DNA of 64,000 nucleotides, from positions 4,019,227 to 4,083,226 of the forward strand of contig CM082579.2 in assembly GCA_040954595.2 (NCBI GenBank). The letters run 5' to 3'. Source of the stretch: Balanoglossus misakiensis (taxonomy: Eukaryota; Animalia; Hemichordata). How positions within the stretch are numbered: the first letter of the stretch is position 1; each line of letters starts with the position of its first letter. Below are positions 49,200 to 63,418 of this stretch, piece after piece. The translations under genes were made by a program, and so were the position numbers. The notes under the pieces were generated by a model, which worked only from the letters and a program-made list of their open reading frames with translations, searched no databases and was not told the origin of the DNA.

Positions 49200-52100
49200 A
49201 TCAACCATTAAACCGGAATCGACAGGTAGTCCATTCTGTATTAGTATTATTAATATTATAAATCCAATCTACAAGGTAATTCGTTTCCGCTATATCGCTA
49301 CGTTTCGCAAGACGTGTTCCGTTGCTATTATAAACTCATCATGATCTAAGAGTATGCACATCGTCACGTCCGCAATGACATCGGTGCTTCTGTTCGGATG
49401 TGGGAAGCTATCAACTGTCACTGTGGACCACAAACAGTCGTGTTTTCGTTTTACTTTTTTGCCGCGGCCTTCTGAGAAAGTCTGATCACAGGGATTGTGG
49501 TGTGAATAATGGGTGACAGGCGCACTGAAGCGGACCAATCCGAAAATAGTAGCTTATCATCGTCGTGTGAAATTTCTTTCTAACGAAGTTTATTTAGGCA
49601 ACCAAATACGACCGTTAGATACAAACCTGAAATTCATTTCATGTACTTTCTTAGACATACCAACAAACGCCTCACATATATGCGTCATAGAAATAAATCT
49701 TCTACTGGGGCCAAGTATTGTACTGCGTGGATATCGAAGGGTTTGTAGCGTTTATAAAAAAAAAAGCAATGTCTTGTTTCGGTTGGCCGCAGATTTGCTC
49801 TTTCTTTTTGATGGCGAAGGAAACTAACTCGCAGTAATTATGCTAAGTGCTAAATAAAGGATCAAATTATAACTTTATTCATGCTAGAATTTACACAAAC
49901 AAAACGGAGATCCGAGGATAACTTAAAGGTGTTTCGTCATGAATAAATAAGACGTTTGTTTAATTTCTTTCGAAATCAGTGTATGATCTAGTGTAATTCC
50001 TCGTAAATGGTAAACAGACAGGTAAGAGTTATATTTACAAACTGTTTCACTCCCACATTCCCTGCGGGAAAAAAGCCCGTTTCCAAGAATAAATGCGTTT
50101 AGTACGCGTGTGCGCGCACGGCCGTGAACGCTTTCCCAATGGTAATTGCGTAATTCTAGTAGCACTTCCTTATAGAGGGCGCAGCTACTCCCCATACTCG
50201 TGTTGCCCGCGCCACACAGACTCCCCGGCCCTTCCCCTGCAATGGTCATATTCATAGAAAGTAGTCCCGGCCAAATCTTGCAAGGTCAAAATCAAGTATT
50301 GAGCACACAAAGAGTTTGAGTTTACACAAGTGTATTTGAAAAGGGGGACAGGAAGCGGTCTCAACCAATCACGGTTTTTTGTGCGGCAGGTGTGTAAGCG
50401 CACTGACTGTGAGTAACCTCTCGTGCCACACCCGCCATATATTGACACAAGACATCCTAGTAAAAAAAGCTTTAACCCCTGAGGTATATTTACTATGTGA
50501 AAATACATTGAGCCAACATGCAATAGTTGTCCACAGAAAGTGGTCTATGAATGTAAGTTAGATTGTCATAATCTTATTGTTGGGGGTTTCATGAAAGAAA
50601 CCAATTTTTACACATTGCGGCCGACAGTTTATAATTTGACAGATACCTTCCAGTTTTTTACCGTCGTAACCTCAAAGGTCATTTCGGAACCTATTAAGCC
50701 CTCGTTGTTATGGAAACTAATTAATCTCTCTCTCAGCATGTGGGAAACGGATAGTGGTATTCCAGAGTCGCTCTAGCACATTTTGATAACTGACATTGAA
50801 GTACCTGCAACTTGTCGACAGATATTGAGTTGTTGGAATAAGAGTAACTTTTAATAGATCAACATTCTTATATTGACGTCATTACGTCAGGCAGGTGGGA
50901 TGTATGTTTAGCCACAAAGGAGATGGCTTCACGAGACACGAAATGCTGGCAGGAAGGCGTCTTGAAGTCGTTTCGACGTCATCAGACGGCAAAAAGAAAG
51001 TTTCGACACACTTCACCAAGTAACGGATAATACACGCACGAATAACCCGCAGTTATAATGGATTGTTTCCTTTTTTCTGAGACATGACGAATCACAGCAA
51101 AAGTTGGAAACACTGTCAACCCCACCATTCACTGTCGACGGTGAAATACAGCACTGTTCAGTGTGCATTGCAATGGCCCATTTCATTCCGTGCTTGACGA
51201 ATGACAATGAAAAGTGCGTTACACATAGCCAGAACGTATCGTGTTAGATTTTCACACGTGTCTTATGCGTCCTTGAGTCGGCGAGTCCAAGGTCGAGGTG
51301 CCAGGATGCCAGGAAAATCAGAAAGCAAGTCACAGATAAACATCCAGGAAATATATGTGTAGTGTGTCTGCATATTTTCTGGTGCTTCGGAACCGATATA
51401 CAAAGCACTTTGTGGTACCAGGTATTTGTGATCACCCACCTATACAGTCCGACCTTTGACCGTTTACCGCCAGACACATCCTCTGCCCATGCTATGGATC
51501 ATCACAGAACACAATGTGACTTTTATTTTTCAGTACAATAAAAAATCAACGCTTTTATAAGTTTCTGGCTGTTTTTTTCAAGTATTTCAGTTGGCAATAG
51601 CGCGACTGGCTTTTGTCTAAACTTTGAATTAATCGCCCATTCCGCGAGAGACGCACCCAGAAAAGTTTCTTTTCGAAAGTTTACAGAACAAAATCCGCAT
51701 TTTTCTGGTCACTGTGTGAACCAGGTGATACCTTACAGTTGCAACTACAGTACTGAATCGAAGAATGGCTGGTTTGTTTGCGTTGCGACGATTTCAGGCC
51801 ATTTCTGAGTTCAAGAACCTATCAATGCAAGCGACGAGTGAGTGGTGGTGGCACTGGCCGCGTATACTGCACTAGATGGCTGGGAATACGAACACACCTG
51901 TAGCCTAAACTTCGTGACTGTGCATTAATTAAAACGCCATAATATTTCATTCTGTTTGTTCAGTGAATACTAGTATATCAAATTTCCGGGGTAAGCTAAT
52001 TGAAATTTAGCTATAAATATACATAATGTCATCCACATAAAGAATTGGCCGAAACTGACGGCGTCCGGGGGCTGCGCGCCACGTCTGGCGCGGATTAATA

Positions 52101-53942
52101 GATGAAAGATTTTTTTCGGCAACTTTTATTTGTAACGTCTGCATCACCGCTAAAATCGTCATCACAGAAGTATTTTCTCTTTGCCCGTGTTTAATACTGG
52201 TATTATGTTGTGTTTTGCTTGCTTGCCAGATGCCGACATATAACGCACAACCCTTCATTCGTGTCACCAATAAACTTTTTATCATACTCTCCGAAGAAAC
52301 CGTCATCTTCGAAAGGAAATTCCACCAAAGTAAATTCTCAGCTATATTCTCCAAAATGTCAGGGTATCAAAGTTTTAGATGTACATGTACACTACCACAT
52401 CTCGGATTTAATTCTCCGCAGATTCCCTCCAGGTTGTACATACCTTGATGAAAGGCGCTTTTCCACTCGAAGTATGGTTGAGATCTCGAGATTTCCTCGC
52501 TGTTTAGGCTACGCACCGCCCAAGCAAAATAAAAACGATGGTAAACAGTTCAACTGGGACAATCCTTCGGGCACCTGTCGTATTTCTGTTTAGAAAGGGC
52601 ACTGGGGGAACTTTTTAGGGCACCGACAGATATGAGATCATCTGGGGGAAACGTAGAGTTACCTGGATGTGGTCACTGGCCAGCCAATCCGTATCTCAGG
52701 TACACTCGGTGCTGAGTAACAACCAACCGAAATATGTCTAGTTTTAAATATACCCCGGTACAGTGTACATATTATTTTTTAAAAGGATGATAATTATAGC
52801 CAAGATTTTGGTGCGGCTGTGATTATATGCCGCCTGTTATGAATGGTCCCCCAATAAAAATGCGACCAGTCATGTTATAGCCACTTAAATACCTTTAACG
52901 ATGCCTTATCTGGGGTCACCTGCGGTCAACTGATTCACGAAATGTTCATTGACAGAGCGGCAACTGACAGACTGCGTGATAAAACAGGAAGCGAAGTTCA
53001 CTAAAGCCATAAACTAAAACACACGGTACCTGTGCATGCTTAGAAATGACCATTCATGTGAACTATGTGTGCTATGCGGTCAGCATTTCAGGTACTGAGT
53101 CGACTGGTGGAGCACAAGTTGGAACCCAAACAGTGGTATTATAGCCTAGCTCAGTGATCAACAAAGCAATATATCAGATGAACTTTTAAGCATTAAACAA
53201 ACTTCAGTATAAAGAAAAAATACCCTGTATTGGAATATTAAACAGACACGTATCAAAGGGTCTGTATTTTCGGATATCCTGTCCACGATTGCCGTCCAAT
53301 GAATTATTCATCGTCAAAAGTTGTGGTCAGTCGTTTCCTAGCTACCTGTACACCCTAGGCCATCATCTTTAGTCGGCACTTTTGTGGTACTTTGCTGAAA
53401 AGTGCAAAATTAGCAGTGACACACAAAGTGTAGTGGTTACTGGTTTTCCTGCTTGAAAGTTGTTCTCACAAGTTATTGCCAGAGTGTACGTATTTGGTCT
53501 GAAAATAAAGAGAGAGTGACACTGATGGTAACCAGTTTCCTCACTTGACAGGTTTTATATTGATTTAAAAAGTACATGGACATGCCACTGTGTTTGCAGA
53601 AGGTGGACTCGGAATCTGTAGAACTCACTGAACTGTGGCTAATAGGTGGAGAGCTTAGACTGGGCAAGAGAATTTATTGCGTGGGTTAAGGAATGGACGC
53701 CTCTACAAATACATGCCAAGTACAGATGAGCGAAGACACGTACAAGATGGTCACAGCCAGGACACGTCATCTTCCCATAAAAATGCCTTTCTGGATGACT
53801 TCACTTCTCGAAGATTTCCTTATATCGGCCGGTGATGTGTATGTGATATGGGGCGCGTGTGACGTACGCCATACCGGGACAACTGATGTCTTCATCTAGA
53901 TCAATTCCACACATGGTTAAAATTAAAATTAAAATGGTTTGT

Positions 53943-53948
53943 TTTATT
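53943..53948 (-). promoter_or_regulatory. Candidate polyadenylation signal (AATAAA) of the EXPERA-like gene; a second lies at 53673-53678
   Basis: AATAAA on the minus strand about 145 and 415 nt after the stop codon. Confidence 0.4.
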
Positions 53949-54093
53949 GATTTCTCAATTTGGCAACCACCTTTACAGTATATTTCTCCTATAACAGATA
54001 TGATTCCAGGATATTGACACTTGTTAATTGAATACTTCACTGTCTCATCATGAATGTGGAGAGTGTTTCATATCAGAAAAAAACATGGAATTG

Positions 54094-54360
54094 TCATCGC
54101 TTCTTCTTGGGTTCCTGATCCTTTTCCAGGGCTGCCGCGAGTTTGTTTCCGAGACTGATCATGGATAGAGCAGGGAGCAACAGCCAGCATCCATTTGGGA
54201 TGAGGTACAGGAAAACGAATTCGGTGCAGTCGTCAGTCCCAATCATGTGTGAACCGTTGACAAGGCTGGTGTTCATCACAAAGTACAAGACCGTCTTCCA
54301 GAAAGTCATGGTGGAGACGGTGAACGACGTCACGATTGTACATCGGTGCTTACGTGAATT
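54094..54360 (-). CDS. Terminal exon of an EXPERA/emopamil-binding-protein-like multi-pass ER membrane protein
   Basis: ctttcag|NSRKHR...TMTFWKTVLYF...FVFLYLIPNGCWLLLP...EPKKKR*. It has two hydrophobic helices, WKTxLY and PNGxWxxxP motifs recalled from EXPERA-family C-termini, and a C-terminal KKxx ER-retrieval signal. No upstream exon was found in the window. Confidence 0.72.
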   Translation of the reverse strand, partial: NSRKHRCTIVTSFTVSTMTFWKTVLYFVMNTSLVNGSHMIGTDDCTEFVFLYLIPNGCWLLLPALSMISLGNKLAAALEKDQEPKKKR

Positions 54361-54380
54361 CTGAAAGAAAGATGAGAAAC

Positions 54381-54410
54381 TCATCATCATTATCATCACC
54401 ATCATCATCA
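54381..54410. repeat. Imperfect (CAT)n repeat just upstream of the EXPERA-exon acceptor
   Basis: tcatcatcattatcatcaccatcatcatca; it explains the spurious poly-Met start of ORF 54094..54411. Confidence 0.85.
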
Positions 54411-55696
54411 ATATGGCAAACTTATGTTGAATAATATATTTTTTGTTTCCTTATCAGAGTCAAAAGTTGCGGTTGGTTGAATCATAAGAAACAAGCAACC
54501 AACTACCAATCAATAAATTAGAACAAGAAATCAACAGTAAGCACTTGATAGATTAATTGCCACAGGACACAAAGAGCTCGTATCTGGGGGCCTTTCTGCT
54601 AACTGGCACAATGTATGTTATATTTCATTGCATCGTGACAGCATTAGCAAACACAGATCTTACAAAAAATATAATTTCTTTTTAAATCTCTGGTAACAAA
54701 TCCGAATGTGAAACGTTATCTCATGTAAAGAGAAGCCAACAATGGATGTCTGAAACCTTGCAGAGAGTTTCATGTACAGCTGACATTCCTGTGGAAGACA
54801 TAAGGAGAGCGATGTTTGCAAATCCCAGTGTAGCCACAGAGAGACGCTTACGTGTTGGCCGGCAGACGCACAGCGTTTGAATACATAAAGCATTCGCAAA
54901 GGTTACAGAGCAGATCTGAGTGGACGGTTGCCGAGGACAATCCTAATTGTAACAACGCTTCAATGATACACGTCAATTAATCAACTAGCTGGCAATGTAA
55001 TTTTGGATCAGTAAAGTCTGGTAATATGAGTGCTGGTTTACCCTAAACTGGCGCATCAAACCAAATGTCACATGACCATATTTTACCAAAGACCTCTCTC
55101 GTTATGAGTTGGCAGCTGATTTGAATATGAACTAGATAACTTTTCACCATCCACCACAGCTGATATCATCACTAGGCCTGAACTGACAAAATTGCAATTT
55201 TATGGTCTTTTATCGATTTTCCAGGGTCATTTATACAGTTAATATTTGCTATCCATTGTTATTAGATACCACTGATTATCTCTGGGCTTTGGGCCAGTGG
55301 GTCGGTTATCACTGGTTGCCCATGGTTATTAATCTATTTGCCCTTGAATGTCCTATAGCCACCAAATGCTGTCAGACTTATCAGCAACTACCAGTAGTTA
55401 TCCCCGTCGTTACCATGGTTACTAGTGATTTCCATGGTCACCAGTTGGTAACATATATGTCATGGAGAAGGTGGTTAAATTTTAATCCACTGAAATGGTC
55501 CGATCAAGAAAGTAATCTGATGAGATAAACCTTGGGTGAGGATTCAGCAGACACCATAGCTCCCGAGAATATGGCCATACTGACCAATAGGGACTACCAA
55601 GCATGGGTTTTCCCCTGCATAACACAATATTGAAACTCTCTTTTTTATTTCTTTTGACATTGATTAGCAAGCAGATTGGCCAGGATAATTTTATGT

Positions 55697-55790
55697 AACA
55701 GACAGACAGATGTAACAGACAAACAGACAGATGGACAGACATGTACACAGATGCATACATGCAGTGGTACACAGACAGCAGACAGACTGC
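55697..55790. repeat. Degenerate (ACAG)n tract
   Basis: acagacagacagatgtaacagacaaacagacagatggacagac... Confidence 0.7.
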
Positions 55791-58700
55791 ACCATGAAAT
55801 ACTCCCCTGCTGCCTGAACAGACGATCAAAAGTTACCTCCTCGCTGGAATGTGCATGATTTTTCTGCTGCATGATCTTTGCTCACACATGTTTATTTTTC
55901 CAAACAAAACCAAACAAATGATCAACTGGCAGCTTAATGTAAAAATGTGTCAACGGGGCATATTTCACAGGGACACACCCTTACAAAGATTACACTGTCT
56001 GCAGTGGTCAAGAAAAACAATCTCTGGCATACCGCAGTGCAGACATCACATGCGGGTGCCAGAACTGTAAAGCATGGAAATTCCAGCGTCACCAAAGTTG
56101 ATAATCCACACCACAAAGAAATAACATAGTCATGTTGAGAAGGTAGGGGAAAAAAACGAAATCATTTGAAGTTGCAGCACTGTACACTTGAGCAAAATTC
56201 ACTCTCTCTGTCACCAAGACTTGTGTGTAGGTTCAATCCAGTAGAAGACAAATTGATGATAGATTAAGGGAGGATAAACTAAACAGATGAGGAAGACTAA
56301 TTAAATAGAGCTAATTAGGTAGATAAGAGGAACAATACACCATTTAATAGATTTGTTTGTTTACCAGTGAGGGGTGGCCAATTCTTGGGTAGAGAACAGC
56401 TGCTGTTCTATGTAGTGTGTGATGCACTGGCAGAAGCCTGGTGGGTTGTTTCATCTTGACTGGGGCTAAATTATTTCCATAGAAAATGATTTGAGTTATT
56501 CCAATTCAGTTAAATGTGGACTGCAGTTGAAACTCAACAGAAATTCATCTTGTTTTGGAATAATGCTTCTTTGGAATTTTTTGCACAGACGGCTCTATCA
56601 GTTGACGTCAATAACTCTGACTACCTACAGAGAGAGAGAGAGTGAAAGGCTAGATCTGAAAGAATTTCAATAATTCTACAGGTGATGGAAGGTCAATGCA
56701 GACTGGTAATAAATGGAGAGGGATGATTTTTTGTGATATGCATGGTTGAACTGCGATTAAAAGTTTTATTGTAAATAACCATGCAGTGGTGTATCTTTAC
56801 ATGGCTTCGTCAGTCGACGATGCTTTTCAACAGTTTCGGATTCTATATCCTCTCTCCCCAAAAGTGGTTTAATCAGCTCAGAGTCTCATTTTCAGCTGAA
56901 CATTTTTTCTGCAGTCTGAGATTCTCCCCTTTCACTATCGAATGGTCCGTTTTTGGAATTCTTAAGTGTTCACCTCTAGTGGCTTGTTAAATAAAGGTAC
57001 GCAAAAAAAGGCAAGAGGTTTTGGTATGCCGTCCTGTGTGGACACAGGTACACAGTGTTACATGTTGTGTGTGTTATTTCCCTTGGATAGTCACTGATGT
57101 ACATAGTTTGCACAATAGTCGGTATTTCGACAGCTTCACCTCGCCGATGTCAATTGATCAATCTCCTGGCGAAAGAAATTCCTGACCAGAGCCGTGCAAA
57201 GGCTACAAAAAGCTGTCAGTCTCTCTTATTGTACTTTCCACCCTGCCACTGACGCATTCTAAATTCGACAAAAGAATCTCAAATATTTTGATGGTTTTCA
57301 TCGTTTTTGCTGTCGGAGGTGCGCAGGGATTGTCGTGCACCTGACAACAAAGCTGCAACAGCCAGCCTATTGACCTGACCCACTTTTAAGTGGTATAAAG
57401 GAGCCACCCCCCAACTACTGGGGAGCCCGTCCGATATCACCATGGTGATGGAAATTAAAGTCATGTTGGAATTTCTGCATTCAGAGTACAAGAATAAACG
57501 ACAGTCGCATGAACAAGATCACTTATTGTGATAAAATATTCCCGATTGAAAAATTCACTTCATTTTCCGTTTATTTCTTTCAATTGGAATATCAATTCAA
57601 AATCAACACACACCTGCTCAAATCGCCTGGCCACTTAACTGGGGAATTCTTCGCATATTTCATAATAATTAAACTCGACATAAATCATCAGGGAATGCTG
57701 TATCGGCTATTGAGCGCTACAGCGATGTTGACAAGGAGTAAATAATTGAGGATGTTGTTGGCTTCTTTGTACAAAATCTCATACCTTTTAAACCTTACAC
57801 TGGTTGCCGAGTATATTATTAAAACAACGTGTATTGAATTCTGCGAAATTTGATGATGCAAGAGTGACATCATCTGAGATTAAAAATTAATCTATAGGTT
57901 CAAAACAGCGACCACTGACCTATTCAGTTACATCTTCAGCCAAGCAGAAGACAGAGTCTACAAATACAAGCCTGGACGAAATCTAACCCTCTCGTCCCAT
58001 TCCTTACTGATGGATTGGACCACACCCCCTGAAAACAGCGAGGTTGTACCAAAGATTTGTGCTGAAGGGAATTTTCTCCAGCCTATACTAACCCCTATAA
58101 TCTCCAGCACTGATTTATGTCGATGACAAAAAAGTGACTTATGGAGAAAATTTAAAAAGAGAAGAACCACTTGTTGGATTTTTGGCCTGTTGGCCTGCAG
58201 CAGTGTGTGACCTTCAATAACACTACAGCGCCTGAAATAATTAGCTGATTAAATTATACTGGATTACCAGTGTAATCTATTCATGCCAGCTACTACATAT
58301 ATGCACACTACCGGTACATGCACATCCACATACCATTAGATGTTTTTGATAAAAGGAATAGCTGGTACTCAAGGTTGCACATTCAGTTAATTGAACGATA
58401 GTTATGTGTGACTTATCATCGAATTCCTCCATAATTTAGCTGGATTAAACACAAACTGCTATAGTAAACGGTATACTGTTTCGTGACCTCATAGTGATAC
58501 TTTTTTGACTTTTGGTATTTCGTCTACAGATATCGACAAAGGCAAACAATAACACAAGTCGCTTGGAATGCTCAGTGTACCAGTCGGGTCAGTCTGGCCT
58601 TGTGTGTGGAATTCAATTGAATAAATTTTCAATCTCTGTGCAAACATATTCAAAACATAATTGGCCATAGATGCACTGGTCTGGGTGTGAGCTGATGTCG

Positions 58701-61700
58701 GGGCTGTGGAGTTGGCCTGCAAAATAATTGTTTGTAAGCTCACAGAGAAGGCATATTTCACACACATGTTGGCCAGTATATCAATAATTAATCTGGATTC
58801 AGAACTGCTCGGACAGTGCTCTGAGGATGCTGCACTGGTCACGCAAAAAGGCAACAAATCAAGACGTTCTCCCCCCCCCCTCCTCCAGTCTTGAATCAAA
58901 AGTCACAGACCAATAGCCAAACACAGTGTATCACTTCAAAGGTGTGCTATCATTCAGGCGGGTCCCCTCCATTGATCCTCTGAAATACGGCGTGCACAAC
59001 CGCCACAACTCGCTCTTTTCTCCCACATTCATCAACACCGCGCCGTGCAGTCATCTGTGGAGCAGATGAAAGCTGCACAATAGACGTAGCTAATTGTATT
59101 GGATGTGTTTTGTAAATTGTCCACTGCTGGCCACAATGAAAGTCCCTGGCACTGGGCGACCTCGAGTACTTGCACCTATGTAATTATTTACAAGACTGTT
59201 TGTTCCCTTTTTTTATAAATTAATATAGTTAAAAAGTTCAGCCGTGTTTTGCGAGATTGATAAAGTGGCTATAATTCCACGGATGGGTAGCTGATGATTC
59301 GCTGCACTGCATCCTGCACAAATGGAGACCTGGTTTTGCAAACCCTATGATTATGTGGCCATTGTGGAAATATTGGTTCTGTCCTCCAAGGCACATCATC
59401 ATCATCATTAGCACAAATTGTAGCATCCGGACTCAACGCAAAGCTTCGGTGCGCTGAAGGAAGAGTACCAGTACGTCCAACGACAAATCGCCTGGCAAAC
59501 GCGAAAATGGTTCCTAGGTGATGGTTGCTAGGTACATCTTGCAGAATAGCTGAGAGAATCATTCGACGGTTGAGTTGTTTCGAAGTGAAAAAGTGCATGG
59601 TCTGAACCTTCTGGCGGAAACGGTGGAACGGTGGAAATTTACGATGTTTGTAGTAGCTTTTAATATGAGGATTTAGAAATGGGAATTAATCACCGGGCTA
59701 ATCGCCCGACGATGTTTGTTTTTTGTCATTTCCAGTGGAAGTAGCCGAGCGTACTGTGTGGTTTCCATGCATGGCCATGCACATATTGTTTGTTAGCTGT
59801 TTCGTCGATGGCAGTCAGTCAGTCAAAGTCTCTGATTTGGACAATGAATAATGTTCTTGTGACAGTCTATCTTTCCTGGGGAAGCCATGGGATTTTGTTG
59901 GAGCAAGTGTCAGCAAGTTAGTGAACGTACATAAGTTTTCTTCTCTTTGTGTCAGAATTTACAAAGCACAATCAGATCAGTGCCTGGATGTTTTTCAAAA
60001 GAAAAAAAAAGCTTGACTTCTGTTTGAAGTGTTACGTTCACACCTGTGTACGTTTCAGCAGTGTCTCGCTGTAAAAAGAAAAATTCAATGGATGAAACAA
60101 GCATGCTTGCAGAACATTTAAACTCTTTAGAGCTTGTACCTTTACAAAAAATATAGGGAAGTTTTATTCACTTTATGGACTGAAAGTCCCTTTTGAATGG
60201 GCACCAGTTTGGTCGCGGTCAGAGGTCGGGGTTTTAGCTACCGTGCAAAGAACAATCGCACAAAATGTAATTTAAGGTATAAACTGACCACTATTCACAT
60301 TGAGAGGTCGTAAATCATTTTATACTGCTTAGATATCTCCTGAGGTAACAGTGTCATCTTTTGAAAAGCTGAGTAGGTTTTTCCGTGCGCCACTGGGCCG
60401 TCAATCACCCAAGCGAGAACAATTGCTGTGAACAGATCGTGCATGGTGATGGGAAGGATATAGATCAACCGTTGCCACAGAAACAGGGAGATCAGCTGCT
60501 CTGGGGCATAAAATTTAGGACACATTTTCCGGAAGGAATATTGTCTTATGTAGATTACGTTCCCTCCCACCCACCCTTGACTCTGTATAGTTTCCATGGG
60601 TCTGCACACGTATGGACTGAAATTGAGCGTGGGACTTCATAAATAAAGGCCAATGGGTTGCCAATAGTGAACTAAATACAGAGAAACAGAGTAAACGTCA
60701 GTCCACTTTTGGCTATAAACACGTACACAGCTAGCAATCAGTTCCACTGTCTAACAATGAGGCCCTTCACTTTCTGAGACCGATATTGTGGCAAACTGCA
60801 GGGTTCTCAATAACTTCCCCGATCACTCACCAAATCTCTGTTACGCTCACTTTTCAAGACTCTTCATGCCCAATTTGAATTACCTTCTTCTCCCTTTCGC
60901 CCCCCTGTAACAGGTAGCAATTACCAACTTGACACCTGCAGAGCTCCGTGGGGGAGGAGGGAGAGATCTTACCCCCCAGGTGGGCCGAACATGTCTGGGG
61001 GAACGAAATACTGAGAACATCTGGTGTTTGGGGGGTAACCGAGTACAGAAAGGGCTACCCCCTTTTGAGAATGCGTGCCGGGAGAGAGGATAACAAGAGA
61101 ATGTGAAACGTAAATTTAAAAACATGCCTTCCTCGGAAAACATGTACCTAAAAAGTGAACTCATGACTTTTCACAGACAGTCCAACTGAAGGTCAGATAT
61201 GCTTCTGTAGAAGTTATTTTTTTAAGAATACATGCTGGTGAAAATTCATGTATAAAATAAGATAAAAACAATAAGTTAACTTTTTTGAACCACAAGAGCA
61301 AACAAATAGGCTGATTGGTTGCATAATGAAGAAATGCTGAATGCTGAACCCTGACTGGCTGAACAGACGTACTGATGCTGAGCAGCGATTGGTCGAAAAA
61401 CAGTCCCTCCATCACTAACACTGCATGGGGCCACACCTAATGCAACTATATTACCTCTGCCTACAAAGCAATGCATCCGGAAACTTGAAAAAACTACTTA
61501 AAATATAATGATTTCATCACGTTATCAGTAAACAGAACACCTTCCCTGGGGGTACACTTTTTTCCCCTTTCAAAATGATTAGGGAAAAAAACGTTTCACA
61601 AGCAAAACCTGATTGAGCCATGGACATGCTATTGACACAAGTCACTCAACACATTTCATGGTCGCGTTTCCATTTTACAAGGAGTACCAACCGGACCACT

Positions 61701-63322
61701 GCGTCTCAAAAGACACTGTAAGAAAGCGGTCAACACAATGCTGGAAAAACACTACATCCAGCTCTTTCAGTGTTTGCGTTGGAATATTAGAAGCCGGGTT
61801 GACCTACACAGATGGAGTTGAACAGTTTTTGTGGTTTCTGCTTGTTCCAGCGGACTACCTCGCATAAAGCCGTGGATTATCCCATTACTCAATGTACATA
61901 CACGCTCGACTTGGCATCAATGTGCTGATAAATTCCCTAATACAGCATGCAATCCGGTCACTAAGACCATTCCGTCGCTCAGGGAAAAAAAAATCACTTT
62001 TTGTCTCGAGTGGATTTCACAAAGCGGTACTTTCATGCATTAAAGTCACTAGCCATTTTTTGGTATTTTTAGAAGGACAGGGTCATAGCCAGCTGCCTTA
62101 TCATGGCGCGTCTGAACACAGAAGCATCAGGTTGGCTGCATATGCACAAAGATCTAAGTATGACAGACAGTTTAATCTCTATCGCAAAGACTTTCTTGCG
62201 TACAAAATAAATCGAAAGTTCAATATCTGAGAAAGTCAATGCTTGAAGTCGAAACAAAAAGAATCAATAAATTTGACAATTTGCACGTAAATAATCACAA
62301 TGCCAATTACATCAATGACTTGTTGAAGAGTAACGGGATTGTGAAACAATTAGAAAAGACAATAAAAGATCATCTGACAGGACTAAAGAGCTATTAATCT
62401 ATTTTACTTTTTGGGAATGGGCAAAACTGGTATACACAGTACAATACAATATATTGGCCACTCAGTGTCAAACAATCTTGCAAATGGGAAACATGGTTTG
62501 TTTTCAACACCGTGTTTTCTTGATGGTCACAAGAACAACTCCAGTGGGCAGGGCAACCTTGTGTTTTCTGGTTTGATTGTCACGACTAAACAGTAAATTC
62601 TCATTTCCATTGTCCAAGTAATGACTCCACGCAACCTTGCATTCATCACAAAATGGGAAGATTTAAAGGTCTAAAAACCCATTTTTGTTCAATTTGTCTC
62701 TGAGGCGTTATTAAACTCAAAGCCAAATCATTGAAGTCAATTCATGTACGTGTGTCTGAGAGTCATTGTTATTGTGCATTCTCAAACACCAGGAGATCTT
62801 GTCAGATTTTCTATAAACAGTAAACAACTTTAATTATCTGATTAATATTCGTGCATACTGCCATAACCTACTGTACAATACATTTCTGTAAGACACTACT
62901 GTACAAACACATATGCAAACGAGGGTTTGAAGTCACAAGTTCATATATATACCTAGCCATGATTGTCATGGATACCTGGAAATAATGGCTGAAAACACTA
63001 ACAACCGCACCATATCTGCCCATTCGAGTCACTGACCTCAACAAACTACATCACGCGATATTCGGACACTCTCTGTATCATGGCTTCACAAGAAACTTAA
63101 TGAAGCTGCAGACGTCAGACATAGGTCTCTGAATTATTAGTATCTATGGACACATATATTAGAGCAGACGGACTGTGGCGACAGAATGAGGGCGTGGGTT
63201 CAACAGAAACGTGCTGTCGTCGGTGTTAGATTTGTGGTTATTTTCTGGTGAACTTAGTTTGCACACACAGCAGTGAAAACAACCGGGCAACTTATATTCT
63301 CCAGGTATTCACTGAGTCATCA

Positions 63323-63418
63323 CAGATTTTAGCCTAGTACCTAGCCGTATTTAGTCCACTTTGCTTCCAAAAACAAGCAAAGCTGACAAAATATGGCTAG
63401 GTACTAGGTTAAAATCTG
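63323..63418. repeat. 96-bp fold-back element (44-bp inverted arms, 8-nt loop); MITE or pre-miRNA-like hairpin
   Basis: cagattttagcctagtacctagccgtatttagtccactttgctt pairs with aagcaaagctgacaaaatatggctaggtactaggttaaaatctg with 5 non-Watson-Crick positions. Confidence 0.8.

Noticed and set aside
48996-49344. ORFs with poly-(SL)
   Set aside because: Artefact of the (TC)n microsatellite.
59423-59531. Coding-looking plus-strand stretch HPDSTQSFGALKEEYQYVQRQIAW...
   Set aside because: There is no pyrimidine tract before the AG, no partner exons and no recognisable family.
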